Shown here: in pieces, positions 50,031 through 62,192 of the stretch | How the letters are laid out: every line of letters begins with the position of its first letter | How positions within the stretch are numbered: position 1 is the first letter of the stretch | Origin: Heptranchias perlo | Lineage: Eukaryota | Length of the DNA stretch: 64,000 nt | Direction: 5' to 3' | NCBI RefSeq assembly: GCF_035084215.1 | Contig: NC_090352.1 | Span: 26,350,001 to 26,414,000, forward strand | Program-made: the position numbers and the translations under genes | The notes under the pieces: generated by a model | Databases searched by the model: none | What the model was told of the DNA's origin: nothing | What the model saw: the letters and a program-made list of their open reading frames with translations, nothing else

Positions 50031-50860
50031 TAGAATAAGCAAATAAAAGTGACTTTTATCTGATTAGTCTGGGCTACATTGGAGCCTAGATCACAGAGAT
50101 GAACCTTTCACAACCTTTGTTGCGAAGATTAGTCCATGTACTAAAGGTAAAGTGGCAGAATTGATAGAAAGTGGAGAGTACCTTTGAGAGTGCTACCACT
50201 ATGTCAAGGTTAACATCTTAGGGTGCCTATGCAAAGTGGTGATAGAATTCAGGAAACTACCAAGCTCACTAAAGGCATGAAATATGAAATCCCTCCAAGG
50301 GGCTGTTTGACACAGTTTGTATTTGCAAAGAATGCAGTATAAATCCAGGCTTCCTCATATCTCTTTCATTATCTTTCTTGCAAAATGTACCACTTCATAT
50401 TTATGTATTTGTTACAAATCTGCCCACTCACCGAATCTGTCTGTGCCCTCCTGCAGTCTCCTGCATTCTTCCTCATAGTTTTCCATGCCTCGTAGCTTGA
50501 TATCATCAGCAAATTTTGATAGTTTCTCGATACACATATCTTGTATGTAGACAAAGAGCAAGAGAAATCCGAACACCGATCCCTGGAACACACCACTAGC
50601 TACTCCTGCCAACCAAACATCCATTTACTACTCTCCACTTTCTATCAATTTTGCCACTTTACCTTTAGTACATGGACTAATCTTCGCAACAAAGGTTGTG
50701 AAAGGTTCATCTCTGTGATCTAGGCTCCAATGTAGCCCAGACTAATCAGATAAAAGTCACTTTTATTTGCTTATTCTATGGGCCTTCCCTTCCTGTCTTG
50801 AAGGCATTGATTAGCATACAGTTTCTTGGGTACTGGGGACATGCCAGTATCTCACCCAAA
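49949..50860. repeat. 232-bp near-perfect inverted duplication with a 448-bp spacer
   Basis: 49949-50180 is the reverse complement of 50629-50860; two mismatches seen. Confidence 0.92.
50410..50628 (-). mobile_element. CR1 reverse-transcriptase fragment
   Basis: SGVFQGSVFGFLLLFVYIQDM..LSKFADDIKL (GVPQGSVLGP and FADDTKL motifs). Confidence 0.8.
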
Positions 50861-51220
50861 GCCCAACACCAGAGACTTGAGCATATAATCTAGGCTGATG
50901 CTTTAGTGTAGTAGAGGGAGTGCTGCACTATTGATTAAACCTATCTTCCCTCTCAGGTGCACATAAGAGAACCCATGGCACCATTCAAAAAAAAAATCAG
51001 ATTTCTCCTGGTATCCTGACCAATATTTATCCCTCAATCAGCATCACTAAAACAGATTATCTGCTCATTAATCTAATTGCTTTTTGTTTCCTTGCTCAGC
51101 ACTACTTGGCTTCTGCATTTCCCTACATTACAACCGTGACTGCACTTCAAAGATAATTCATTATCTGTGAAGTGCAATCCTGAGGATGTGAAAGGTGCTA
51201 TAGAAATGCAAGTCGTTTCT
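50861..51220 (+). mobile_element. Deu-domain SINE copy, 5'-truncated
   Basis: ccagagacttgagcatataatctaggctga...gaaaggtgctatagaaatgcaag. Confidence 0.75.
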
Positions 51221-52986
51221 TTATTCTTCCTTAAGATGCGAATTTCAGCATGGATCCCTCAGATTGATTTTCATTCAAGGCTGCATCTGCAGATGGGAGT
51301 CTTTTGTTTCCCTATTTTTATCAGCCCCCCTTTTGATTGAAATATATTAATTAAATATAATCAATATGTGTTTATGAATTAATTTCTGTCTTATTTCTTA
51401 CTTTAAAAGCTTCCAGCAAAATCTTTCTAAGACCATTGTGAAAGAAGTGGAGTACATCATGCTTCAAACTATAACGTTTCTTTATTGTATGTTTTCTTAT
51501 GATGTTAAAGCAAAATTGGCTGTGATAGGGTTCCTTTGTCCCTCTGGGACAAAAGAACAATATACAAAATCAGAGATATCACCAGTGGAATTACATATCT
51601 GTATTCATAAACCAATTGCAGTAGAAATCACCTCATGCTTTTGAAGTCTTAAATTTATAAAAACTTGTGGACTCCTGTCTCAGAGTTTATTCACAGAGCC
51701 AAGCTGTTTATTTGAGAGCAGGTAATTGTTTCATATGTAAGTCAGGTATCAAGAACACATGAAACCCACCGAATGACCAGAAATCTACTGTTCACATCCT
51801 ATCTATTTGAATGGTAAAATTGATTAATAACATGATTGCCTGCTATTAGGAAAGATTCTTTTTGATCGGGTGTGTCAAAACATGCTTTTTGGAATCGTAT
51901 AAGTTCTGATTGCTTTCCTTGCAGCTCCATTTCCCTGCTTCCATACCTGTTTCCACAAGGTTGCAATGAGACAGGGTCCATGGAGTTGAATGCCCACATT
52001 ACATTCTTCAGAAAGTTAATTTAAAGAGTCTAGTTGGAACTGCTATGAATTGTGTTCGTCAAAATTGTACTGGTGGGTTGGATCTCATGCAGGCATCAGA
52101 ACTGTCCTGACTTTGCTTCCATTTGAAATGAATGGAAGGAAAATGAGGCAGGTTCTGTTACCTGTGTGCAATCCGCTGCCAGACTTTCCTTGCTGGACTC
52201 CGCCCAGGTGATGCTTAACACCTAGGTAGTAAAGCCCAAATACTACCTCCATGTTTCTCCAAATTGGTAGATTATGTGGTCAGTCACAGAATTTACAAGT
52301 CACTAAATTTTAATTTCTTTAAAATAAGTGTTGAAATGGAAGTTCCTGTAGATTGACAACTTACAGATAAGTGCTATTAACTGTTAGTTTCATCAAGACT
52401 CCTGAATGACAACAACCATGTTGTGTGATAAATTAACAAACTGTGGCCAGCTAGTTGAAGCTATAATTTTATTATCTCTGTAAGACAGCAGAGATTACTT
52501 TTATTGGTAAAAGGAATGACATGAGTTACAAATATTGTAAGCAATGGAAATGAAAAAAAGACAAAAACTGAATGTTGTGGTATGCCTGCGAGGTTTGCTA
52601 AAGATGTCTGCATCCCTGAGTAAGACACAATAAAGAGTCATCCACACTGCAGGGGGTCATCCATTCTCCATTTTCCTAAAATCATATTCAGGGCCACAAA
52701 TTAATAAGTATTCATAATGCACTCCAAAGACAGAGAGCTGAGAAACATAAGCTGGACTAAAACTAGATGTCATTGTTTTTTAATGGCTATTGGATAATTG
52801 AAATTTGTTGTCTTCAAAAGAAAATAATGTCAAGGACATTAAAATTACATTGTAATTTAACAACGGGAAGTGATGATATATAACAATACTTCAGATGTAT
52901 GAATTTTACTGGAAAGATGATTTTTAATTTCTGTATGCCTGATATGAAAACAATAAAATTATTCCCATGGCTGTCTCGAAGTATGC

Positions 52987-52992
52987 TTTATT
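52987..52992 (-). terminator. Polyadenylation signal AATAAA directly after the betaB1-like stop codon
   Basis: Minus strand ...GTA AAC TAA AATAAA g. Confidence 0.5.
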
Positions 52993-53161
52993 TTAGTTTA
53001 CAAGCTCGAAGCAGCCCCTTTTGTACCATTGCTGGTCCTTCACACGGCGCATGGACTGAATCAGAGGTTGCTGAGCACCCCATTCGTTCCAGTGCTTGTA
53101 TGATCCACACTCAAGCACATACTGATATCCCCTGTAGCCTGGATATTCGTAGCCAACCCAT
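52993..53161 (-). CDS. BetaB1-like crystallin, Greek-key motif 4 exon and stop
   Basis: [55 protein letters not shown]; 169 nt; spliced CDS is 630 nt = 209 aa + stop with all phases consistent. Confidence 0.93.
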
Positions 53162-53974
53162 CTATAAAGTACAAAAGGACAAAAAAAAATGTATTAAAGG
53201 GCAAGTCTTCAATTATAGTACCGAGTAAATAGAGTGAATACCACTGCTTCTTGTATACATCGGATAAAATATAACCACTCAAGTCTGCTACTTTATCAAT
53301 TGTGTATATGTACATGTATTCTGTAAACTAAGCTGAGCGTCGAAAAGGAACTGATTTTTGTACTAGGAAAAATTGTCGGTGATAGAGAAGCCAGTATTGA
53401 TGTGGCCAGCTCTCAAATTGTAACAACTGCATAAACTGCATCTATTTTCTGTACAAACAGTGTATGTTTTCTGTGAAATGGTGTACAGCTTTCATATAAT
53501 ATAAATGTAACACACAAGCTGGTATTAAGATTTACATGGGATGTATTGATGTACAATAACTATTGATTGGTAAAGAATGGCACAGTGGCCATGGAGAAGA
53601 CTATGCCCCAGGCCATCCAATTCTCCCAGCTGGAGGAGAACTTTGTGAAGGTGGGAAGGTAACAGGACATATAAAAAAAATCCCTGTTTATTCAAATAAT
53701 AAAACAAGTAAAAATCTTTTTGAAAAATTACTTTTTTTATCTAGACTAAAGAAAAAATATAAACTTTTACAATGTTATGAATTTTGTACTTATGATCTAG
53801 CAGATAACTTGTAGAGACTATTCCAAATAATTTCTCTTGCTTAAATTAAAATTTCATGACCTTTTAGAAAATGGTCATCATCAAACCCTGCTTTCTTATC
53901 AAGTATTGTAATTTCAAAAAACAAATTTGGAAGTGAAGTGTTTTACTGCATTAATATTAGCATTATTTCCAAGC

Positions 53975-54430
53975 ATCCATCCTCCACCGTCCATAAACCT
54001 CAGTTGTTCCAGAACGCAGTGGCCTTAGTCATCTCTCACACAAAGTCCTATACCCCCTCACCTCTGTCCTTAAAGGTCTTCGTGTTCATTTTCAAATCCC
54101 TCCAGGTCTTACGCTACCTTATCCTAGTGATCTTCTATAGTCACATGTCCCAGCCCACAACCTCCACTCTGGGGTGCTATTAATCTACTAGTCCCTTCAC
54201 CACCATCAGAGGCAGATCTTTCAGCCACTATGTGTGGCTGCCCTTTTGAAGACTTTCCCAACAATTTCGCTTGCAACTTCTCTCCCTTCCTTCAAAAATC
54301 TCTTTGACCATGTCTTTGTTTCCTTCTCATATCCTTTCCATCTCCTGTTTTGAATCCTCCTCTTCCCCCTTGGAAAGTGTTCTGAGCTATTTTTCTATAT
54401 GAGGTTGCCATATAAATACAAGTTGTTGTT
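53975..54430 (+). mobile_element. L2 LINE 3' fragment
   Basis: HKPQLFQNAVALVISHTKS, KVFVFIFKSLQ; tail tataaatacaagttgttgttg. Confidence 0.6.
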
Positions 54431-54556
54431 GCATAAAATTAATACTGAAATGTGATTTCCTTCAGACACTAAAGATACATTGGTTTTTGTTCGAATTTGC
54501 CAAATAGAAGATCAAATTTTTAAAATCCGTTCTATGAGGAGAGGGCTGTTACTTAC

Positions 54557-54699
54557 GTTCCACCAATGACTTTAATACTGGCAACTCTGTCCTGGAAACC
54601 ATAGGCCCATAAGCTGGGAATGTCCTCATCACAGATCTCCATTTTTCTTCCATCAAAATTGGCACATTCATGAAGACAAATTTTATGGTCCTGACCATC
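54557..54699 (-). CDS. BetaB1-like crystallin, Greek-key motif 3 exon
   Basis: [48 protein letters not shown]; 143 nt; absent from the ORF track, translated by hand. Confidence 0.93.
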
Positions 54700-54789
54700 C
54701 TATAATGATTTGACAATTTTATTTGGACAATGCAGTATTTACAAAAAAGATAGCATTTTTTTCTGGCTTCATTTAAAATATATCTTAAA

Positions 54790-55720
54790 GCTTATTATAT
54801 TGTGATCACTACTCCCTAGATGTTCTCCCATGCTAACACTGCTTATCTGTTCTGGTTCATCACCCATTACTAGGACTAGCAGTGCTTCCTTCCTTGTCGG
54901 GCTTCTTAAATATTGGGTCAGACGGAAATCTTGTATATCCTGTAAAAACTCTACCTGTCTCCCCTTTTACTCCCTCTACCTTCCAGTTTATTTTGGGGTA
55001 GTTGAAATCCCCCATGATTATGATTGTGTTTTTTTACTCATTTCATATATTTTCCTACATATTTCTCCCTCCGCTTCCTTTTCACAATTTGGTAATCTGT
55101 AGTATACCTCTAATAGCGCAACAAATCCCTTCATATCCTTCATCTCAATCCATTTGGATTCTGTTTCTATCTCTTTGTTAGTTATGTCCTTTCTTGCTAC
55201 TGTCACAGCTACCACCCCTTCTTCTTTCCCTATCATTTCTAAATACATTATAGCCTGCAATATTTAACTGCCAATCCTGTCCAGCCATTTCCATTATTCC
55301 TATTACATTTATTTCTTCACTTCTAATTATTGTCTCCAATTCCCCGGTTTTGTTGCTGATGCTCTGTACATGGCTATACAAGCAATTTAATATGCACTTA
55401 TTTTTCATTACTCCTGCTTGATTTTTAACAGGTACTTTATTATTACTTCTTTAACCTTTTCTGTTTCTTGAGTATTTATGTCATCTCCTTTTGTACTCTG
55501 ACCTTTGCTCTCATCCCTTTTTCTCATCTTTAGATTACTAATATATCCACACGAACCCTCCCTCTCTTTACTAGTTTAAAATCCTTTCTAATTTCTATTT
55601 TTCCTCTCTGCGAGGACCCTGATCTCAGTCTGGTTCAGATGCAGTCCATCCAAGCAGTACCCTCATTCGTGTCTCGGTACTGGTGCCAATGTCCCGTTCC
55701 TGCTCTGTTTTCCTCATGTC
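54790..55720 (-). mobile_element. CR1 LINE endonuclease-region fragment in a crystallin intron
   Basis: LNCLYSHVQSISNKTGELETII...WQLNIAGYNVFRNDRERRRGG, VYYRLPN, IMGDFNYP: APE endonuclease motifs. Confidence 0.8.
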
Positions 55721-55987
55721 AATTACCACCCTCGAGGTCCTGCTTTTTAATTCTAGAATATAGAAGTTATCTATTATACTATATTATAATTTCTATTCAT
55801 TCCCTCAGGAATTATGTGGTAAAGATTTGATAAATGTTCCATTACACATTGAAAAATGTCATTTATAAAGAAAATTGTACTCATTGTTTATGCAATAAGT
55901 AAACACATTTCAAATTCATTTATATCTCACAGTCTAAAATTCATTACAGAAGTACAATATAAGGTCTTGCAGTGAATCCCTTCTTAC

Positions 55988-56120
55988 CATTCTGACAGGT
56001 CTGAAAGACATCACACAGTCAGTGCGATAGCTATTGGACCAGGAGTCCCAACGAGGATATTCTCCCTTCTCCAACATGAACATCTCACCACAGAAGTTCT
56101 GCTGTTCATAACCCACCCAC
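55988..56120 (-). CDS. BetaB1-like crystallin, Greek-key motif 2 exon
   Basis: [44 protein letters not shown]; 133 nt; basic beta-crystallin signature. Confidence 0.95.
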
Positions 56121-56384
56121 CTGCACAACAAATAATTGCAACAACATCAGATTTGCCCTCTGCAATCAATAAAATAAAACTGATTGAATGCTTTTAAAAG
56201 GATACCACTTTTTAATAATGTTTTCCAAGTTAAAAGTTCCATATGGCAAAATTGGAAGTATCCAACTTGTCATTGGTCATTGAGTGCACTGCAGTTTGGA
56301 CAATGACATTTTAAAACAATTTCAAAATGTGTGAAGATTACATCTATGAAACAGTTCAAAAATTGTTATTCTGAAGTAGTACAT

Positions 56385-56700
56385 TATGGAAAAAGAAACA
56401 AAGAATAGAAATATATCTTAAATGGTATCATTTTCAATGGAGTAGAAAAACGGGAAGATTTAGGGATGTAGATACATAAATCTTTGAAAAAAGGACGCTC
56501 ATGGAAAAAGCCATAAACGAGGCAAATAGAATTCTGGGTTTCAAGCATTGAATAGAAGGAAGCGATAATGAACCTGTACATGCTATTGTGTGCAGTTTGG
56601 GCATCCCATTATAGAAAGAATATCATATTTATGAAAAAGGTTCAGTGTAGATTTACTAGGATGATACCAGGAATGAGAGACTATAATGATGACACATACG
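56385..56700 (+). mobile_element. Decayed CR1 ORF2 fragment
   Basis: YILNGIIFNGVEKREDLGM*IHKSL, YCVQFGHP remnants. Confidence 0.6.
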
Positions 56701-57521
56701 CATAATAGAGTCTGATGAAGCAAGCAAGGAGTTACAAAAGGACCTACATTTATATCTTCAACTTTGAATGTCTTCATCATTTCATGGGATGATTTTTGTT
56801 TTACATTACAACTAATGAGTACATGATATCACTTTTTAATGAGGCCATAATCACTTCTGTAATGTCACAAAATCTCTGTGCTATTATAAAGCAGTTATGA
56901 TTTGTTCCATAAATTTAAAGCAGAGCTAAATAATTTTATTACTATGGCACAAATATCTTGCTGACACCCAATGGTTAGGCTGAAATAACCACTAAGGCAA
57001 GATACCAGAGGACTACTGCTCCCTATGCAACCATACCAAAGTATAAATCAGGAAAGCAGTAGTACGAGAAAAAATGTTCAATGCTCAGTATTACTCCTGT
57101 TTATTTATGTGTAACTCTCTCCCTGTACATGCAATGAAATATTTGAGGATCTTATCTTCAAAATTATAATATGTTTTAATAATTATGTATGTTGTGCACT
57201 CCTTATTTGAGGATCACCATTCTGTGATACACAGTTACACCTGCAGCTGTACACTTCTACCATTGGATGGAGCTTCATAAGGTGCAGAAGCTGTAGATCC
57301 CCATACCTGTAGCATCATGAATGTACACTGAAGGGAATGGTTTACTATTGACTGACTATGTATGGGCTCAATCACAAGTCGTCAGAACCACTATCAATTT
57401 AAAAGACTGGTTTAGCCTATTTCCACTCTGTAAAAGTTAGGGGAAACTCTCATCCATCAGAATCGTTAACACACAGCTGCACTCCAGTACACATGATTAG
57501 ACTGTTATAAAAAGCACTTAC

Positions 57522-57640
57522 GGTCCACATTCAACACGGATGGACCCCACTCTATCGAATCCCCGATCGCAGATGTTTCTGCACTCTGTGTTTAAGTCTA
57601 CCCTGCGACCTTGGAAGTTTTCATACTCATATATGATAAT
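57522..57640 (-). CDS. BetaB1-like crystallin, Greek-key motif 1 exon
   Basis: IIIYEYENFQGRRVDLNTECRNICDRGFDRVGSIRVECGP; 119 nt, AG/GT boundaries. Confidence 0.93.
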
Positions 57641-58572
57641 CTAAGAACAAAGAGGCAAAAAAGAACCTCAATCACCATTATACAATTGAAGCATTGAAGG
57701 TGACGTGCAATTCACAGACTTAAAACCTAACTTAGTATCATTAGTCAAAAAAAGCATACCATACACAGCAACCATAATGGTTCACTCGGCAAATGCTTTG
57801 TTTAGTATGGCACTGAGCCATACAGACCAGCAAGGTCTCACATTCAACCGCCAGTGTGTGCTGAGTTGGCTGAACTCAGTCCTTGGGCAAGACAGTAGAA
57901 AGAAATCAGCCAGTGTTCCCACTCCCGGTTGCTATCCAATGACTACTGCTGGAAAGTGCACATGTGTGGACATCATTGAGGATTGGTCTTGTCTGCAAAG
58001 CACTTCATGGCAAAATAGCCTTCTGACACTCACTGCCTAAGCTCACCAATGAAGGTTGATCATTTGAGCAATACACTATCGAGTTGCTCTTTCCCGAGCA
58101 ACCAAAACTCAAGAAATAAGGAGGAACAAAAAACAATATCCAGAACATTATATTTTACCCCATAACCTTTTCAGACTTAGTATTATTTTCAGGAAAATGT
58201 AAGTCTGCTAACATTGTCTCAGACAAATGAATACTACAATGTTTCTTGAGCAAAACAAAATAATAAGGTGTAGTACAATATAGAGTACTTCACTAATAAT
58301 GTTTTAATAATTTCAAGACCCCATTGTGCATGTCATGTAGACTCAGTCAATATGTGGACTGGCATTGTGTCAAATATCGTAACAAACCTTCTATTCACCA
58401 CCCACAAGTTAGCTCACATTAAGATATTTCTATAATTTTTTCTTTAGGAACCATTGTTTAATGGTAAATGCTCATTTGCACTAATCTGCACTCTGCACCA
58501 ACATCAATATTAATAATAGGTTATTAATAACATTTAAATCCGAAACACATCAATACACATCAATACACCTAC

Positions 58573-58638
58573 CCTGTTACTGCGAAGACTTGAAGCAGAA
58601 TGGCTTCCAATGCTACCCTGAGTTCCACTGAGAGACAT
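58573..58638 (-). CDS. BetaB1-like crystallin, coding exon 1 (N-terminal arm MSLSGTQGSIGSHSASSLRSNR)
   Basis: Acceptor tattttag|, Kozak GCCACAATG, donor AGG|GTAGGT, phase 0 into the motif-1 exon. Confidence 0.8.
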
Positions 58639-58808
58639 TGTGGCAACTGCTAAAATAATAATCAAGACATGACAAATTTATTTGGCCTGGATGCTAAATA
58701 CATTTCATACATATTTGATTAACTTGTTTTTTTCCTGAATTGCATATTTTATGAAGTTTTTACATCAGATGATAAATTTAACCCTTTGCAAGTATTCCAA
58801 AGGCTCAC

Positions 58809-59050
58809 CTAAAAACAGCTCAATCTTTTGCCAGACAAGAGAAAATATGGAAAGTGATGTTTAAACCTCAGCTCATCCTATTTATGTACCCAGTGGATTT
58901 GCTTATTGCTTTTTTTTCTTCTTTTGAACCAGGTTAGATCATAAAAGGATAAACAAAACAAAACTGCATTGCACTGAAGCAGCAGAAGCTGATGCTAGCT
59001 CTTTGCTTTGTTTCACTTTGCAACATCCCACAGATCAGCAAAATCAAAAG
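58809..59050 (-). promoter_or_regulatory. BetaB1-like crystallin promoter / non-coding exon 1
   Basis: Donor TAG|GTGAGC at 58809/58808; TATA-like CATAAATAG at about 58877-58885; AT-rich half-MARE ATTTTGCTGA at 59035-59044, typical of lens crystallin promoters. Confidence 0.55.
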
Positions 59051-61429
59051 TCTACAGCAGACACAAGTGCAACCCAGAACAAAGAGCTGACCTGGTAGAC
59101 AGCTTTGTACAGCTTTTGTTTAATTTGTGCTGCAAGTGTCATGAAAAGTTTTCAGCTTAGCAAAAATACAAGCCAATGCTTTGGAGACTATGTATTGTTC
59201 TAACTAACAAGTTTCACCTTATAGACTTCATCTCTTTCAGTGCCGTAATTATTTTAATCTGCAGTCCAGTATTTTAAATGTGAAAATGGAATATCAACCC
59301 TCCTCCCTGGTCAGAGCTGGATTAAAAATTCCTGGGAATTCTCTGGGCACAAGAACATTTGGGGACCCTCCAATAACCGCCTGCCCCCAAACTATTAAAA
59401 CACATACATGAACTGCAACAGCAAGTGTCAGTATTTATATTGTAACTAAATCAGCCAACTCTGCCTCGACCCCGGCCCCCCTTCTGACAGTAGTTTTAAA
59501 TGATAGAATATTTTGATGCAGTGGTTGTATGCAGTTTTTCTGCGTTATGGTAAGTTGTACCAGTAGCCCCATATTTGGCTGGGGCCCCTGGGCAGGGGCC
59601 TAGAGGGCCTGAGGATGTCTTTTCTTGACTTTCTCATATGGTACAGTCAGTCATCTAAACTCTCATAGTTCTACCATACAAAGGAATCTTCGAAAAAAAG
59701 ATTTTCAACATGGAGTTACGTGCTTTCAAGTGCCATTAATAAATTATATGACGTGTGTGTGATATGTGCAGGATATATATCAGGATCCCATTGAACACAT
59801 TTATCTAGTGGGAATAACTGGTCAAATAATAGTCACTGGTTTGTTATGCTATTGGGCCCCCTTGCTACATAAATATTGCATGCAGTCAACCCCAAGATGT
59901 GTTTGCTGTTAATTAGCCCCCTCCAATTTTTAACCCTCTTTCCTGGTGGCACTGACATTCTGGGGGTATGATTCAAGAAGTGCTTGCTATCCTCTGGTAT
60001 TTCACTTAAATGGCCATTCTTTATGTGTGAGCCTAGATAGTGTGTTGGCAGGCTATTTAATCATGGAAGGAAGACATTACCAGTGAGTGCAATCCTCTCC
60101 TATGTCCACACATACTCATTTTCCAGCAGGAGTCACAAGTTAGCGATCAAGAGAGGGAGCTGGCAGATTTTTCTATGCCTGACTCCATGCCTTGTGCACT
60201 CCGGCCAATTGTAGTGGTCAATGTTTTAAATTTAGAGCTTGTGTTATGGGAAATGTGTGAAATTATACTTCTGTGATATTTAGGTCCTAATTGTCTTGTG
60301 CACATGAGGCTGCTGCCAATATGGGACAGCAGGGAAGAAATGCTCTGTGTAACATGCCAGACTGACACCCCAATGGAACATTTCTCCAAATTAGTCTTCC
60401 ACTGAAAATCATTGAAACTGAACAAAGGCAAAACTCATTTTCAATTTCCATTGTTCCATGGGTGGAAGGATCCAAGCTCCGGTGCAGAATAAATTATTAC
60501 AACTTCATATCCTGAGAGTAAACTTGAACAACTAAAATGGAATCATGTGGCATAATCTGCACTATCGGCATCCACATGAGTAGAGCAAAATAAATTTGCC
60601 ATCTGTGATGCCAGAAACAACAGCATAATGTATTTCTTCATCTTAATTCACAGATTTAAAACTGGACTGTTTCTGCTAATATGTACCTATTCGAGTTCTT
60701 GAATAAGTTTGCATTTTCACTTTGTATATGCAACATTGTCTATTTTTATAAAAACAAAATTATTTTTGTTTGAAGAACTGAAATTACTAACTTCATTCTG
60801 ACAACAAATGGATTGCATATAAAAGTTGCAGTATTTACATTTTTATAACCCTGATAACTCAGTGTTTGAAGAGTTCCAGATCCTAAACCTACACCTTTAG
60901 TGTAACTCGAGTGTAGTGGCAAACCTGGGTTAAATATTGCTATGGGGTATTTTAAACTACCTGGGCACTTTATCAATTTACTCAAGAGAAATGTGGATCG
61001 TCTCACCTGTGCTCTGAAAACATACTGTCCAGGAGCAGGACTCTGTGCATGTTAATATTCTAAGTATATAAAATTGTATATAAACACAGCCTTTGCTGGT
61101 CAGTGAAATTCCAAACATCTAATATTATACGGTAATCCTTTCAAGTATATGGGCCGTGGGATAATAGCAGTCGAAAGCTAACCAAGTTTGTCTGAGATTT
61201 CTCTCTCTCTCTGCTATTTTACCAGCAGTAATAACTCAATTATTCTAAATGGGTTAACTGAAATAGCGGAGAGAGGAATTTCAAACAAATGTATTAGCGA
61301 TCCTTCGTTAGCATCCCACGATATAATTTCAGGGTCACAGTGTTTTCAAATAAACTGTATGTATTCGGAGTTATTTTCTGTTAATAAACTGTATTAAACA
61401 TGGTTTTATTTCACTTTTTTTTAGCCAAG

Positions 61430-61615
61430 GGTTATTCACGCGTATCCTGGACATGCAGATTTTAATCTTTCTGCTCATACCACAGAGTTGAAACAGAAAT
61501 CCATGGGATCAGCCACAAACAATGAGATGTTGGCGTTCGGTATCTGCTGCTCGCTGGACCACAAATCAGACTCGCTCACCACTCACTTTCTATTCAATGG
61601 TTGACTATAAATAGT
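61430..61615 (+). promoter_or_regulatory. CRYBA1: CRYBA1 promoter
   Basis: TATAAATA 61606-61613; Pax6-paired-like TTCACGC 61435-61441; SOX-like AACAAT at about 61518-61523. Confidence 0.6.
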
Positions 61616-61619
61616 ACAG

Positions 61620-61673
61620 ATGAAGCTCAACACAGAATCGTTTTTGGAACCTACCCTGTACAGCTCGGCTCTG
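61620..61673 (+). CDS. CRYBA1: CRYBA1 exon 1 (possible betaA3-type N-terminal extension)
   Basis: Donor CTG|GTAAGT at 61673. The frame is open and in phase with exon 2 from ATG 61620 or TTG 61644; which start is used is uncertain. Confidence 0.5.
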
Positions 61674-61907
61674 GTAAGTTGTGTGTTCCTCATTTTTATT
61701 TTATCCAATTTTAACTTCAAACTCCTCTAATTTGCCTCGATCTGTTTGACGTTTATTCCTGCTTCGTAAATTACTCCATAGTAACAATTTAGTCACATAA
61801 ATTGGAACATTGTATGGTGCGCTGGCGGATTTTTAATGCATCAAATTTTGACAAACTTCTGAAAACTGTCACCCTTCTGAAGAGAGACATGTGATTTTTT
61901 TCTTTAG

Positions 61908-61964
61908 GATAAAAATCTCCGAACTACAAACATGGCGCAGACAAACCCCGCGGGACTTTTTAAG
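61908..61964 (+). CDS. CRYBA1: Beta-crystallin A3/A1 exon 2 (DKNLRTTN-MAQTNPAGLFK; betaA1 ATG at 61932)
   Basis: tttttctttag| acceptor, MAQTNP signature of betaA1, AAG|GTACTG donor. Confidence 0.9.
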
Positions 61965-62073
61965 GTACTGTTTATTTTTCTAGAATATTTAATCAGAATT
62001 GAAACTTTTGGTTTTGTTTACTGTCCTTTTTTTACTGAATACCACAAAAAAAGCAAATATTGTTTTATTGCAG

Positions 62074-62192
62074 ATTACTGTTTATGATCAAGAAAACTTC
62101 CAGGGCAAGAGGATGGAATTTACTGCATCTTGCAAGAATATTATGGATTGTGGTTTTGACAATATTCGATCTTTCAAAGTCGATTGTGGAGC
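62074..62192 (+). CDS. CRYBA1: Beta-crystallin A3/A1 exon 3 (Greek-key motif 1); gene continues beyond the window
   Basis: [40 protein letters not shown]; 119 nt; ttgcag| and GC|GTGAGT; MYO18A-CRYBA1 synteny as in human 17q11. Confidence 0.93.

Noticed and set aside
51799-51999. 66-aa minus-strand ORF as a possible last crystallin exon
   Set aside because: No Greek-key motif; the true last exon is 52993-53161.
61190-61285. Imperfect inverted repeat upstream of CRYBA1
   Set aside because: Low-complexity CT/AG arms, probably a decayed MITE; no specific function supportable.
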